Shown here one piece after another: positions 1-12,290 of a stretch of DNA of 64,000 nt. Source of the stretch: the human T2T-CHM13v2.0 reference genome, Homo sapiens; NCBI RefSeq assembly GCF_009914755.1, contig NC_060934.1. One strand, written 5' to 3'. Under the pieces are notes generated by a model, which ran no database searches, was not told where the DNA came from, and saw only the letters and a program-made list of their open reading frames with translations. Made by a program: the position numbers and the translations under genes. Positions within the stretch are counted from its first letter, which is position 1, and every line of letters starts with the position of its first letter.

Positions 1-3000
1 AGATGTCCGGGTGCCCAGCCTGACTGGGCATGGCCCTCCTGGAAGCAGTTTCAGGGCCAGTTCTGATCTCAGGTGGGGATGGAGAGCTGGTGTCTGGGCC
101 GCTCAGAGCTCAGGCCCCGCACATTGTCAGAGTGACCTCACCAGCTCCAAGTGCCCCTTTTCCCTCAGTTTCATTATTTGAGAAGTGAGGAGGTCACACC
201 AGGCTGGACACGGGATTTCAATCCGTGTGTCCCCCTGTTGCTCGGGGTGGCTGCATGCAGGGTGAGTTCAGGGAAGCTCTGGATGCAGTGAGCGAGGCCC
301 CGCCCAGCCTCTTGGTGGGAGTCACTGGCCTCACAGCTCACTGCAATTCAGAGACCTGCAGTGTGAAGATTCTTCCAGATTACTGGATGGAAGGGACTTC
401 AGTGACCTCATGTAAGAAAGGAAGTCACCCACTGGTAGCCTCAGAGAGGGAACCTCTGGCAGTCTGGCTCACAGCCGGGGCCAGATTGAAACTGTATCCA
501 AGAGCAGCTGCTGAGAGACCCACCTCAGTCCTGCAGGAGTCCAGGCTCTCTCCCAGGCCCCCAGGGACGGTGTTTCCACCTGGTACCTTGGGGAGATGTG
601 ACCAGAGCTGCTGGAGGGAGCGTCTACCTGCTGGGGTCAGGGGGTCTCCATCCGCCCACAGTGTCGGCTCAACAAGTGTGTGCTGTCCACCCCAGGCCCA
701 GGGCAGGTCCCACGAGGCCGAGGCTGCACCTTGCTGTCCAGGGGGCCGCAGCTGAGGCCTGTGCAGCCTCCCCAGTGCTAGTGCCAGCATGGTACAGGAG
801 TCGCAGCTCCAGGAGGACATGCAGGCTGCCTGCCATGAGAACATCCCTCTGCTGTTTGCAGACCGAGGCCCATGGGTGCAGAAGGAAGCGTGCCGGTGCA
901 GGGCACGCAGGGCCAATGGGAGATGGACTGACCAGTGGTCTGGACCGAGCAGGCAGCAAAGGGCCCTGTGTGCTGAACTGAGCTGCTGGGACTTAATGCA
1001 CACAGAACCACAGAACGTAATGGAGAAGAATTCCTTGCTCTGGGAAGCCTGGGTAAGGGTGAGTGGGAGATAAAGAAGCCATCAGAATGCTGCTGAGTCT
1101 GGTGGGGGTTGGAGGTCACCGGAAATAGCTCCTCGCAAGTTTTACTCAGATCTTCTTGGCAGGGTGCATCTTAGCATTTGTAGAATGCACCAAGGAATGC
1201 CTGGGAAGGGCATGGGGGCCCTGCAGGGGTCACAGGCTGGGAGAGGAGGGGCTTACTGCCTTGGGCCCCTGGACACAGGTAATGCCTTTGCCTCAGGTGG
1301 CCAGAAGTGCCTGTAGGCTTTGCAGAAAGCTACTGTTCCTTTCCTGTGTGGGTGTGTGACTCCTGGACGGTTGCCGGAGATTGCCCTGAGGCTGGGGTGG
1401 GTGCCTGTCCTGGAGCCTCCATCCCACAGTGCTCTTTGTCTGTAGGATCTGCGCACACAAGGGTTTGGTTGTTGAACCTGGAGACACACATTATGGTGAA
1501 TCCCAGTGTTGACTGATTATATCATTAAGTGGGTCACATGACACAAAAACCACACGTTCTGAATGTACAAATTCCATCCCAGTGCAGGTGGAAATTTGTA
1601 TTAACCATGGCTTTCTTCACATGGCTTCTTTGCAAACAAACACTTGGTACTTTGCTAGTACAAGGTCCTTCCTTGGTGGGGAGGGGTGTAATCCCATGTC
1701 GATGTCTGGACGAGGAGAAAGAGGAACTTCCCCTCAGCCAGTGGACGAGACTGTCCAGGCTGCTCCACAATGGCCACAGAGAGCCCCCGGCACCTGCTTG
1801 GGGCAGGAATTGGTGGCTTTGGCCACCTTGCTTAATTGAGAAAGTTGATGTTTCCGTCAGATCTTCTTGTGTTCGCACATGTTACTTATTCTCTAAGAAG
1901 TCAGTGAAACTTCACCCAACTTTAGAGGCTATAAAGAATGAGGTTATTTTCTGCCATGACATATTTAAGCTGAAGCTTCCCAAGCCATAACAGTTTTAAG
2001 AAGTGACATTTCATTTTGAACACCAGCCTGCCACCTCTTTACTCCTCATGACAGACTGTCACTGTGCAGCGCAGCAGTTAGTTGGTTCCTGAAGTGCCAG
2101 AAAATTCCCAGGTTGTGAGGAGTGTGCTGCTGGTGGGGTGAGATGTGCGACCCGGCGGGGGCCTCGGCGGGCACAGGCGGGAGACCCGGGCCAGAGCCCT
2201 GTGGGGTGAGCGCCATCCTGGCCAGGCCACACGGCCGGGGCAGCTTCTTTCCCTTCTGCAAGGCAGTTGGCATTATCGCGGATGTTAGCGTAGGAAGTTC
2301 TAGCGGGACTAGTTAAAAATGAGGGAAAACATGGTGTTTTCTCATTGTCTTTTTCCTAGTAAACTGAAGGAATCATGCTTGATGAAGGCTCAAGTGTAGT
2401 ATGATTCAATCGGGCATGAGACTGTGCTGAGGTCTCGGATGTCTCGGGCCTGGGGTCAGCTTGAAGAGATTCATAGGCGGGTCTCGAAGCCCATGCTGCT
2501 GGGAGGGCCGGGCTGCCGACGTGGACGGGTACAGCTCCCTGGTTCACACAAGACTTGGGGTTCCCTCCACCGTGGAATCCGTCTTGCTTTCACGGGATTT
2601 GGGGACTGTGAAATCTCTTCTCTTCTAATGCATTCCCGTTGTCTAGAGGCTGGGGAGCACCATTTGATTTTAAAGGAACAGCCACAGTCCTGCCAGCTCC
2701 ATAGAGAGAGCAGAGGTGGCCTCATGTTCTGAGCAGAGGGTGCCATGGTATTTCTGACCAGGCGGGACCCTGGCTGGACTCACGAGATTGTGTGAGTCCA
2801 CAATGTGCTTGTCAGAAGCCAGGCGTCCTGGAGTTAGGGTCAGATTCCCATGGTGGGTTTCATTACCCTCCTAGAGACTGGCGGGGTCCCAGCCTCTTGG
2901 AAGTGTCCGCTCAGACACTGCCAGGTGCCTTGGAGGTAGCAGAAGCATCTCTTGATGGCAAGTGTCCATTGTGACCTGTGTTGAAGACAAGGTCTGTGTG

Positions 3001-3218
3001 AGAAGGTGCACTGGTACCTACTGTGTCCTGATGACCTGGGAGTGTCGTGAAGACAGAGCAGCCAGTGACCTTCTGAAACCAAGAGAGTGGCTGCCCACTC
3101 CGCCTCCTGGCTCTGGCACGGGGACGGCTCCAGGGTTCTAAGGCCTAAGCTGGCTGCACTACCTCCCGCCCTCAAGGACGATTGGCATCTCTGGCGTGCT
3201 CAGGCCCCTGCAGCCTTG

Positions 3219-3247
3219 CCAAACAAACAAACAAACAAAAACAACTT
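3219..3247 (+). repeat. (CAAA)n short tandem repeat
   Basis: ccaaacaaacaaacaaacaaaaacaac seen directly. Confidence 0.8.
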
Positions 3248-3513
3248 GTAATTTTTCATTTTATCTGTATTTTGCCATTAAAATGTTGTTCTCTACACAA
3301 TTAGCTGCAGGACGCACAGTGTTTAGCCTGTGGACGTGTCTCCCAGCTCTGCCATGCACCGTGCGTGTACACCTGAGTGTACTCAGGTTTGCATACCCCC
3401 GACACTGGGACATTGATGTCATGGAATCTCTTCATATAGATTTTTCTTTGGTCTGCAGTGACATGGCAAGTAGTAAAGCCTTTTATGAAACCTCTTAAAG
3501 AAACAGATGATAG

Positions 3514-3844
<331 letters not shown>

Positions 3845-5489
3845 CCAGAAAGACGTTTATAGGCTCATCTTGACAGTGTTCTGGTATCACAAACCAATTG
3901 TCAGTTAGAGCTAGAGTTGGTTTAGCTAAACTGTCGGAATGGATATGGGAGTGGCAGTTATAATCTGGAAACATTGTTCCAAAGTGCTTTAAGTTCCAGG
4001 GAATGTTTGGAGCAATTTGTTAAAACTGTACACATTTACGTTTTCTGCCCTTTTCTCTAGGTGTGATCTATTTCTTACACACACACACACAGCAGTTTGT
4101 ATGTTAACTGCTTGCTGACTGATTTCCTGCTTGATTGCACAGATTCAAAGCAGTGCATGAGCTTCAGAACAGCGTTTATCTTCCTGCATTACTCATATTT
4201 AGTTCCATATATGTACCAAAGAGAAGAGTTCAGAAAAGAAAACCAGATTTTATTTTAAGTATGATTTTTAAATGTAGACAGGTGCCAGTTTATATCTCAA
4301 AATGGGTGATTTAAAGACCAGTGAACAGATTTCCTTAGATGTCCGTCTGCTTCTGGGATCTGATGTGTAGGCATCTTCACGTTGGTTTTATAATGTGCCA
4401 CGCGTCAGGTGTTATTTCGATGACTATGCTGAGCCCTTTAATAAGACGCACGTGCCTGGGGTGCTTCTGGAACCTTGCCGCCAGGGCTCATTCTTTGACC
4501 ATCCCTAATTCCCCAGGGTTCTTGTTGTTAGAGTATTCTTTACAACCAAAACATCATTAATCAGAAAGGTGCTGTGCGGTGCGGGGCCGGCTCCGATGAC
4601 AGTAATAAAAACCGGCACACCTCCTGTTCCAGGACCCAGACCCTGGAAGTCTGTGCCTAAGCCAAGACATGAGCAGCGTTTGTGGAATGCGGCTTCAGAT
4701 AGAAACCTTCTTTCAATTTGCAGGCCTGGTTATGTAATTCTAATGCAGAATCTCCCCCTCGGTGTTTGCATGCGTGTAGCCGGGTTCACAGAACTTTAGC
4801 CACAAACAGGAGTGTTTCCCTTTTTCCAGGGCTCCCGTGTTAGGCCCCCACCAGGAGGCTTTGGGGTGGCGTTTGGGAACGCCGTTTGGATCCCTTCTCA
4901 GTTTGACATCCTAGGTGGCAGCTCCAGTTTTGTTTGGTGAAACGATTTCAATGTAACAGAACCCCTTTTGGTTGTGAGAGCAGAATGAACTGAGCCGCAC
5001 TTGACTGTCTTGTGCTGGATGTGACCCAGCCGAATCCATGGGGAGACCCCTGGTTACAGCGGGGACCACGGGTGGGGTCTCAGCCGTGGCCCTTTATACT
5101 TGGTGAGCATCAGCCACACCACGTGGCCAGGTTTATGATCAGGTGATAGGGATGAAGTGTTTTTGACACATGCTTTTCTTTTTTTAAATTAAAATACTAT
5201 CTCATGCCTGATTTTGAGGTGGGCTGAGCATGAGTCCTGAGGATGAGAGGGGCTTCCCCAATGCCCCTTATTCCCTGTTCAGAAGGGAGATTGCAAAGCT
5301 AGTTTTCATCTTGTGATGTCTTTGTGGGAGGTTGTGAGGCAGTCAGACACGGTCCTCTTCCTCCCCCAGGTGAGCCAATCTCCCCCTTCACACAGACCCG
5401 AAGCCCAGGCCACAAGGGACCTGGGCTACCTTGTTTGTAAACAGCTTATAAGGAGGCTGGTGATTTTTCCCTTTTAACATGTTTGTTTT

Positions 5490-5613
5490 TATGTTTTTGA
5501 GGTGTGGTCTCACTGTGCTGCCCAGGCTGGTCTGCAACTCCAGGACTCAGGCGATTCTCCCACCTCCGCCTCTGGATAGGTCGGACCGCAGGTGCACGTC
5601 ACCACACCCGGCT
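5490..5613 (-). mobile_element. Diverged Alu monomer (FLAM/FAM-like)
   Basis: T-rich tail then ggtctcactgtgctgcccaggctggtctgcaactcc...caccacacccggct, matching an antisense Alu monomer. Confidence 0.7.
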
Positions 5614-7059
5614 AGTCTGTTTCTGTGTGTTTTCATTGCACAGGATACCGGCAGTGGAAATGGTTAAGAGGGAAAGACACAGAGCTGCAAAGATGGTCCT
5701 GGAAGGACGGTTTTTAGACCTGACAGTTTTTAGTGCAGCAGGCCTGGAAAACGACTACCAGTAGGGGAAAAAGAAGAGTTTCTGTTTCTGGGTCTCTTCC
5801 TTTTAATATGGCAGGAACTGGCCTCTGGTGCCAACTGCTTAATTCAGAACATTGTTATTTAAACGCCATTCATGTTAAAAGGGAGATGAAACGAAATTCA
5901 TTTTTCCAGAGGTCTCCAAATAGCCATGAAAAATCAATTTTTTTCTGCCACCAAGTACCATCAGCCACTCATGTGGTTTAGGTGGATGCCGTGGTGGTGC
6001 TGGGAGCACTACCAGCCTGTGGGGCCGTGAGCTTGTGCTTCGCCGGAGTGGGAAGTGGGGACATTAGGAAGCCCGACTGTTGAATCGCCTGGGCGTCCTA
6101 AATGTGGGCTGTGTTGTCGTCCCTGTGCAAGCCCGAGAGGCAGACAGCACTGAGTCCACTGGATGCCTGCTTGTCTGGTTGCCCCTTAGACTATGGTACT
6201 CTCAGCGACACGGCTGTCCCATTATGTGCACATGCCCTGTTACAGCTTTTGGAGCCCCCCTTAGGACCGATGGTTCGAATTCTGGAAGTCCTAAACATTT
6301 GGGTCTTCCACGTCGCTGTTTATTCTGCAGATTCGAGGCTGGCGTGTTTGAGTTAGACGGGACACTGGGGCTGCCCGCTTTCCTTTGATGGTACACCGAG
6401 GGCCTCTCTGCCCCGTGTGTTCCTTGAGGTTCCAGTGGGCTGCTTCAGGGAAGGAGGGCCGGGAATTCCTCTCTGTAAGACAGGCCCCGTTTTATGCAGC
6501 TGTGAACCTTGTGCTTGGGTGTAGTAGGTGGTCGGCTCTTTTCTTTTCTCCTGTTCACAGCACGCTTATAGCCAGAGCAGACTCTATGGTTTGCCTGGAG
6601 AGAGCTTGCACACACATCGTCACCCTGTCTCTGGTGGTTGTGGCTGCAGCCTCCCAGACGCCTCTCCCTGTCCCCACCCTTGACACGCCTGGAATCCGTG
6701 TTCTCCCTCGTTTCTCCGACTTGCATCCCAGGACTTGGCCCTCACGGCTCCAGGAGCTGCTGAGGCAGCTTCATCTCAAAGCCAGGTCCTCTCCCTCCTG
6801 GTGACCTGGCCACCACCTTCTGCTCCTTAACGCTCTGTGCTGCTTTCAGCGCCAGTGCCTTTGCCTGTGCGCACCTGCCTGCCTCAGTCTCTCCTCTCCT
6901 CCTCCTCTCCACCCAGAAAACTACAACACTATCCCTTCTCTCTCAGCACCTCCTCCAGGAAGCCTTCCTGGACTCCCCAGGACATCCAACCCCTTGATAC
7001 AGGCTCTCATTAATCCTGGAGTTCTCCTTCTGAATTCCTATCTCAATTATTGCATGATT

Positions 7060-7150
7060 CATATAATTAGATATTTTGTTCAACATATATTTGCTGAGAA
7101 ATCATGGGTGCCAGGCACTGTTATTCTAAATGCTGGGGATACAGCAGTAG
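7060..7150 (-). mobile_element. L2 3' end fragment
   Basis: ttcaacatatatttgctgag...gtgccaggcactgttattctaaatgctggggatacagcag resembles the antisense L2 3' terminus. Confidence 0.55.
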
Positions 7151-7254
7151 ATCAGCTAAGACTACTCTGGTTTGAAGAAAAACAGGAATTCCTCAGAACA
7201 CAGACTTGAAACCAGCCCAACGTTCCTGTTCTCACACAAGGAGAAGCCTAGCCA

Positions 7255-7334
7255 GCCATGGAGAGCTGCAGTGGTATAGTGGCCATGGAGAGCTGCAGTG
7301 TGTAGTGGCTGTGGAGAGCTGCGGTGGTGTAGTG
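7255..7334 (+). repeat. ~27-bp minisatellite, 3 units (gccatggagagctgcagtggtatagtg)
   Basis: Units start at 7255, 7282 and 7308. Confidence 0.85.
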
Positions 7335-7336
7335 GT

Positions 7337-7575
7337 GCTTCTCTGAGAAAGTGACGTCTGAGCATGGTTGTGAGTGGGATGACAGTGGCCACTGTGCAGG
7401 CTGGGAAGGAGACAGCAGTAGCACGGAGGCTGTGAAGCGAGAGCGAGGCTGGAGTGTGAGGGGCAGTGGCGGGGGGAGCGGGGGCGTGGGTGCGATGGGG
7501 TCATGGGGGACTGAGGCCAGAGAAGGAAGTGTGGCCCTGCCGAATTTGGGACCATTTGGGCTAGGGGGCCCCCAA
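7337..7575 (+). repeat. Copy 1 of a ~240-bp local direct duplication (partner 7992-8232)
   Basis: gcttctctgagaaagtgacgtctgagc...atttgggctagggggcccccaa aligns by eye with 7992-8232, with about 8-10 differences. Confidence 0.93.
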
Positions 7576-7598
7576 AGAGACCTGCCGTGTGGAGACCA

Positions 7599-7652
7599 GC
7601 CATGGAGAACCGTGGTGGCGGAGTGGCCGTGGAGAGCTGCGGTGGTGGAGTA
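7599..7652 (+). repeat. ~27-bp minisatellite, 2 further units of the 7255 motif
   Basis: gccatggagaaccgtggtggcggagtg gccgtggagagctgcggtggtggagta. Confidence 0.8.
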
Positions 7653-7859
7653 GCTCACAGTGTTGGGCCCTGATCTGTCAAGGCTTTTGGCCTTTTCCTC
7701 ATGATCACTAGGTGGTTGCCACAGCTCCAGCCATCACATCTGCCATGTCAAGGAAGGAAGGGTAGGGGATGGTGCCATCTGACTTTAGAAAAAGTATATG
7801 AAAACAAGAACTCTCTGCAGGCTTCTCCTCACTCTTTGGCTACAGTTGTGACACATTTG

Positions 7860-8218
7860 CTGCCTGTATTGGAGCTTACATTCTAGTGAAGGTGACACAA
7901 CAAGTAAGCAAATCACGTCACTGTGATTCCAGGTCATGTAAGGAAAATAAGGCAGAGAAAGAAGGGGTGGAGGTGGTGACTGTTTTCGGCGGCTTCTCTG
8001 AGAAAGTGACGTCTGAGCATGGTTGTGAGTGAGATGACAGTGGCCACTGTGCAGGCTGGGAAGGAGACAGAGCGGTAGAGCGGAGGCTGTGAAGCGAGAG
8101 TGAGGCCGGAGTGTGAGGGGCAGTGGCAGGGGGAGCGGGGGCGTGGGTGCGATGGGGTCATGGGGGACTGAGGCCAGAGAAGGAAGTGTGGCCCTGCCGA
8201 ATTTGGGACCATTTGGGC
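7860..8218 (-). mobile_element. L2 fragment (continuation of the 7060-7150 element)
   Basis: ggagcttacattctagtg...aagtaagcaaat...aaggaaaataaggcag...gcttctctgagaaagtgacgtctgagc matches antisense L2 motifs. Confidence 0.55.
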
Positions 8219-8232
8219 TAGGGGGTCCCCAA
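7992..8232 (+). repeat. Copy 2 (probable source) of the ~240-bp direct duplication
   Basis: Aligns with 7337-7575; continuous with L2 on the left and MER1B on the right. Confidence 0.93.
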
Positions 8233-8512
8233 TTTTTTTGGCACCAGGGACCAGTTTTGTGGAAGACTAACTTTTCCACAGATGGGAGTGGGGGGATGGT
8301 TTGGGGATGAAACTGTTCCACCTCAGATCACCAGGCACTAGATTCTCATAAGAAGCGTCCAGCCTAGATCGCTCCCATGCACAGTTCACAGTAGGCTTCA
8401 CACTCCTATGAGAATTTAATGCTGCCGCTGACCTGACAGTAACGCTGGCTCACCCGCTGCTTACCTCCTCCTCTGTGGCCCGTTTCCTAACAGGCCACGG
8501 ACTGGACCCCTG
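8219..8512 (-). mobile_element. MER1B (non-autonomous hAT-Charlie DNA transposon)
   Basis: ggggtccccaa...tttggcaccagggaccagttttgtggaagac...aaactgttccacctcagatca...tagattctcataag...ttcctaacaggccacggac...gacccctg matches the reverse complement of the MER1B consensus; terminal inverted repeats visible. Confidence 0.85.
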
Positions 8513-8767
8513 GTTTAAGCCATATCCACAGGAAGTGTTTTCTCATCGTGATGGAAATGAAGGGAAGATGTGATCTGATTTACTTGTGTGTGTTTTCATT
8601 TTATTCTAATCTTTATTTTTTTAACTCACAGAATTATTTTACACCTCAGTTTTTATTCAGAAAAGCATTAACCATCATTTGTTTTGCATATAAGACATGG
8701 TGAGATCACAATAAGTGGAGAATGTTTGCCATTGTTTTTCTACTTGACATCAACAGTGTAACATTAG

Positions 8768-9158
<391 letters not shown>

Positions 9159-11899
9159 CAGATTGGATATTAATACAGTTTTTTTCTCCTTGAAAAGTTG
9201 ACTCGTACTAACTGTAGAAAGCTGAGAGAATGCAGATAAAAAAGGAATAGTTTAAATCATCCTACCTTATTTGATTTTTTAAAAATAAACAGATTTTGGA
9301 ATAATCTTAGATTTTTGGAAAAGTTGCAAGCAACGTATGGTGTGGTTTACTTTTTGTGGGTAATTTTTCTCCCCCCAGGAGATCACATTTGTCTCCTTCC
9401 AGTTTCTGGCACCTTAGCCCAGTAGCTCCTGTGTAGGGGTGCTAAGGCATTGGTTAAACGTCTCTTGATCGTTCCTGGTTTGTTTCCCGTTATTTGGTCT
9501 CCCTTTTGCTTCTCCCCTGGTTGGGTTTCTCCTCACTTCTCAGTGGGTTATTTCCACAATCGACCTTGGTTCTGGACCAGTCTTGACAGAGCTGCCAGAG
9601 GGAGCCTCGAAATGCAAACCAGCTGCATCTCCTCTTGTTGAAAACTCTGTGGCTTTTCAGGGAAAAGGCAGCCAGCAGGACTGGCCTGGCCATGGCGGCC
9701 TCAGGGCCCGAGGGTGGCTGTGTCCCCCACGCCTCTCCAGGCACACCAGGCCTCATCCCCCAGCTCTCGTGGCGGGTGCCTTCACCCTGGCCTGCGTGGC
9801 TCCTCGCCCGGGGGCCCCTCCCCATAGTTCAGTTCTCTGTGTAGGTGTCAGTTTCTCCATAAGCTCTCAGCTGCCCACACTCTCCCCCCGAAGTGTGGCC
9901 CCAGCCCTGCGGAGTGGTTCCCTAACCGCCACTCTGCCCACCTCGTGCTAGCCTGGGTGTGGGCTTGCCTGCTGGCTCTGGGCTCAGGCTGGGGTGCTGT
10001 CAGGGTTGCAGGGGTCACAGTGAATCTTCATCTTCCGTGGGCCAGTCCCCTTCCCAGCGTCCCTCCTGGGGCTGTGGGTCTGGCCTCCCCCGTTGAATGG
10101 CCCTCTCTTGAGGTTGTTGGGCATTGGTGAAGATCCTGATGGGGTCTCATCACTGGAGTCAGACGTCTTTCTTCCTGGGTCTGGGGCATGGCGGTATTAC
10201 TGTGCGGGCTGTTGGGAGAGGGTCTGTTACCCTCATGGCTGCTTGTGACCTGTCCAGGCCACCACTGTGCCAGCCTTTGTGTGGCTGGTATTGTGGCTTC
10301 TAAGTTGAGCCTCCGCCTGGCTGGGTTGCGATGGTTTCACTCCTGTCAGGTTTTCATGCTATTGAAACTCACTTTTCTCACTGCCTGATTTCTGCCTTTT
10401 GTGGGTCCCTCCTGGTGTCCGTGATGCCCTCATTTAGTCTGCAGGCATCCCCCCACCTCTCTGCTCGCCCGGTGTGCACACCTGCTAGGTCAGCCCTGGG
10501 CATCGCATCAGAGACGCTGCCGTGCTCGGTGGCCTGGGGCTTCTGTCCTGTAGAGGCCTCAGCCATTGCATTTTAGGAATCGGCACTAAACTAACTTCTA
10601 CTGCTGCCCACAGAAGAACTGTGCCAAATGCTCTGGTTGTCTACCGGAAAAAAAGGTAGTATGCAGGTTTCAGTGGCATATCAAATTCCATTTCTGTGGG
10701 CCTTTGTGGGAGGCTTGCTCTTAGCGGGGGCTGGTGGGGGTGGGGGGGGGTGGGGGTTTGTGGGGGTGGGTTCCAGCTCATTGTTGTGTTCAGGTGAAAT
10801 GAGGCAGGGCTTTATTTTGATCCTATTTAGGTTGTAAGCAGGTCTGAGGAATTCACTTCCTCATGCTTCACATACCTAAATAATTAGCCAGTTGGATATG
10901 GACAGGAGCTGGAATCTGTTGCTCATTTGTAAGCCAGATTCTGAACTCATTCATTGTTGCAGTTATAAACTGGTTGCCTTTTTTCGGTTCTTGGAATGAT
11001 TTGGATGGAGCTCACCTGGTCCCCCCAGCTCCCTGCTTTGTGATTGATTCAGTGTGTTCCCATGGCTTCAGGCCACCTTTGCTGGTCAGGGGAGCTGGTT
11101 CAGAGGGCTTGAGGCCAGCCTGCCCTTTGGATGAGAGGCCCATGCCATGATGCTGGTCATGGGGATAGCACCACAGGGCTCAGTCGGGGATATGCCAGAG
11201 CTTTAGGGTCCCTTGGGCCAGCAGCTGGGGTCCTTGGGCATTTCCTGGGTGGCGGTGCTCTCTGGGGTGCAGAGTTGGTCATTCCAGGGCAGGCAGTTCA
11301 CTTGGCCACACCAGGTTTGGCTGGAAGCCTTCTCCACCGCATTCCCAACCGCTGGCCTCCCAAGTTTGGCTTCTTGTGGTCAGGGCCCAGACCATGATAA
11401 CCTTGAGGACTCCTCTCTCCGGGAGACTGTCGGGGCTAAGCTGCCTGTGGCCCTCCACCGCCCTGCTCCTTCCTCCGGGTGGGGGACACCCCATCCCCCA
11501 TGCCCCTACTTCAGCTTGCTGGGATTCACCCCCAGTGGCCTTCCAAGGCTCCTACCTTTCTCCCTGGCCCTGTCTCTGCACACTCCAATGTCTTCCCCTT
11601 TGGCTGACGCTTGGATTGGGGGTGAACTCGAGGTGTGGTCTGTGCAGAATGGCGTGACAGCCCTTCCAGCCCGTCACGGTGTGTAGTGCCCAAAGCCCTG
11701 GCCGTGGCCATCTCAGGTTAGACCCTCAGAGTGGCACTGTCAGGTAGAGGAGTCAGGGGTCTTATTGATGAGGAAATAGAGGCTTGAGAGAGGAGTGCGC
11801 AGCTAGTGTCTGACCAGCCCCCACATGGGGCACTCCCCAGTCCGAATGTCTGCAGTGCAGCTTCAGGCGCTGATGTGGGCAAACCCTTCCTCTCCCAGG

Positions 11900-12290
11900 C
11901 CGTCCCTTCCTGCAGCTGCTCGGACACTGGCACATGTTGGCAGGCGTCAGCACCAGGGCTGGGCTCCTGCCTGGGACTCGAATCGGGAGCAGGTCCCACG
12001 GAGGCAGAGCAGCCGAGAATCAACGGTGGCCATAGCCACCACATCCTGTTTCCAGGGGCAATGGTGGCAACAGTGCCAGCTGCCCTGCCTGCTGTGCCTG
12101 GTTGCCCCACAGATGTTTCCTGAAGCTTGATTTTGGCTGTGATTGGAGCGTGGCCAGTTCTGGTTCCTGCTATTTTCTGAGCCTGCTCCTCCAGCCTTCC
12201 CAGAAGTTCTTTGAGTTGTGGAGTAGCCTTTCAGTAAACGGCATTTGTGCTTAAATTAGCCCGTGTCAGTTTCTGACACCTGCTGTTAAG
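11900..12290 (+). mobile_element. Possible old ERVL LTR (LTR16/LTR33-like) 3' part
   Basis: cagtaaacggcatttgtgcttaaattagcccgtgtcagtttctgacacctgc resembles the ERVL-LTR 3' terminus; left boundary uncertain. Confidence 0.4.

Larger units (their letters stand above)
7150..7860 (-). mobile_element. Old MaLR LTR (MLT1J/K/L-like), interrupted by the 27-bp repeats and the duplicated block
   Basis: cagctaagactactctggtttgaagaaaaacagg at the start and tggttgccacagctccagccatcacatc at ~7713 resemble antisense MLT1 motifs; it splits the L2 fragments. Boundaries approximate. Confidence 0.4.

Noticed and set aside
225-1119. Cluster of overlapping 94-192 aa ORFs
   Set aside because: GC-rich intronic sequence gives long ORFs in several frames on both strands; no recognisable domain, several lack a true ATG start, and no coherent exon structure.
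2100-2300. Small CpG-rich patch as a possible promoter or CpG island
   Set aside because: Under 200 bp with no promoter features; the MGMT CpG-island promoter is at exon 1, outside this window.
7255-7652. 27-bp repeats flanking unique-looking sequence, superficially CRISPR-like
   Set aside because: Eukaryotic intron; units are directly tandem without spacers, the intervening block is a copy of 7992-8232, and there are no cas genes.
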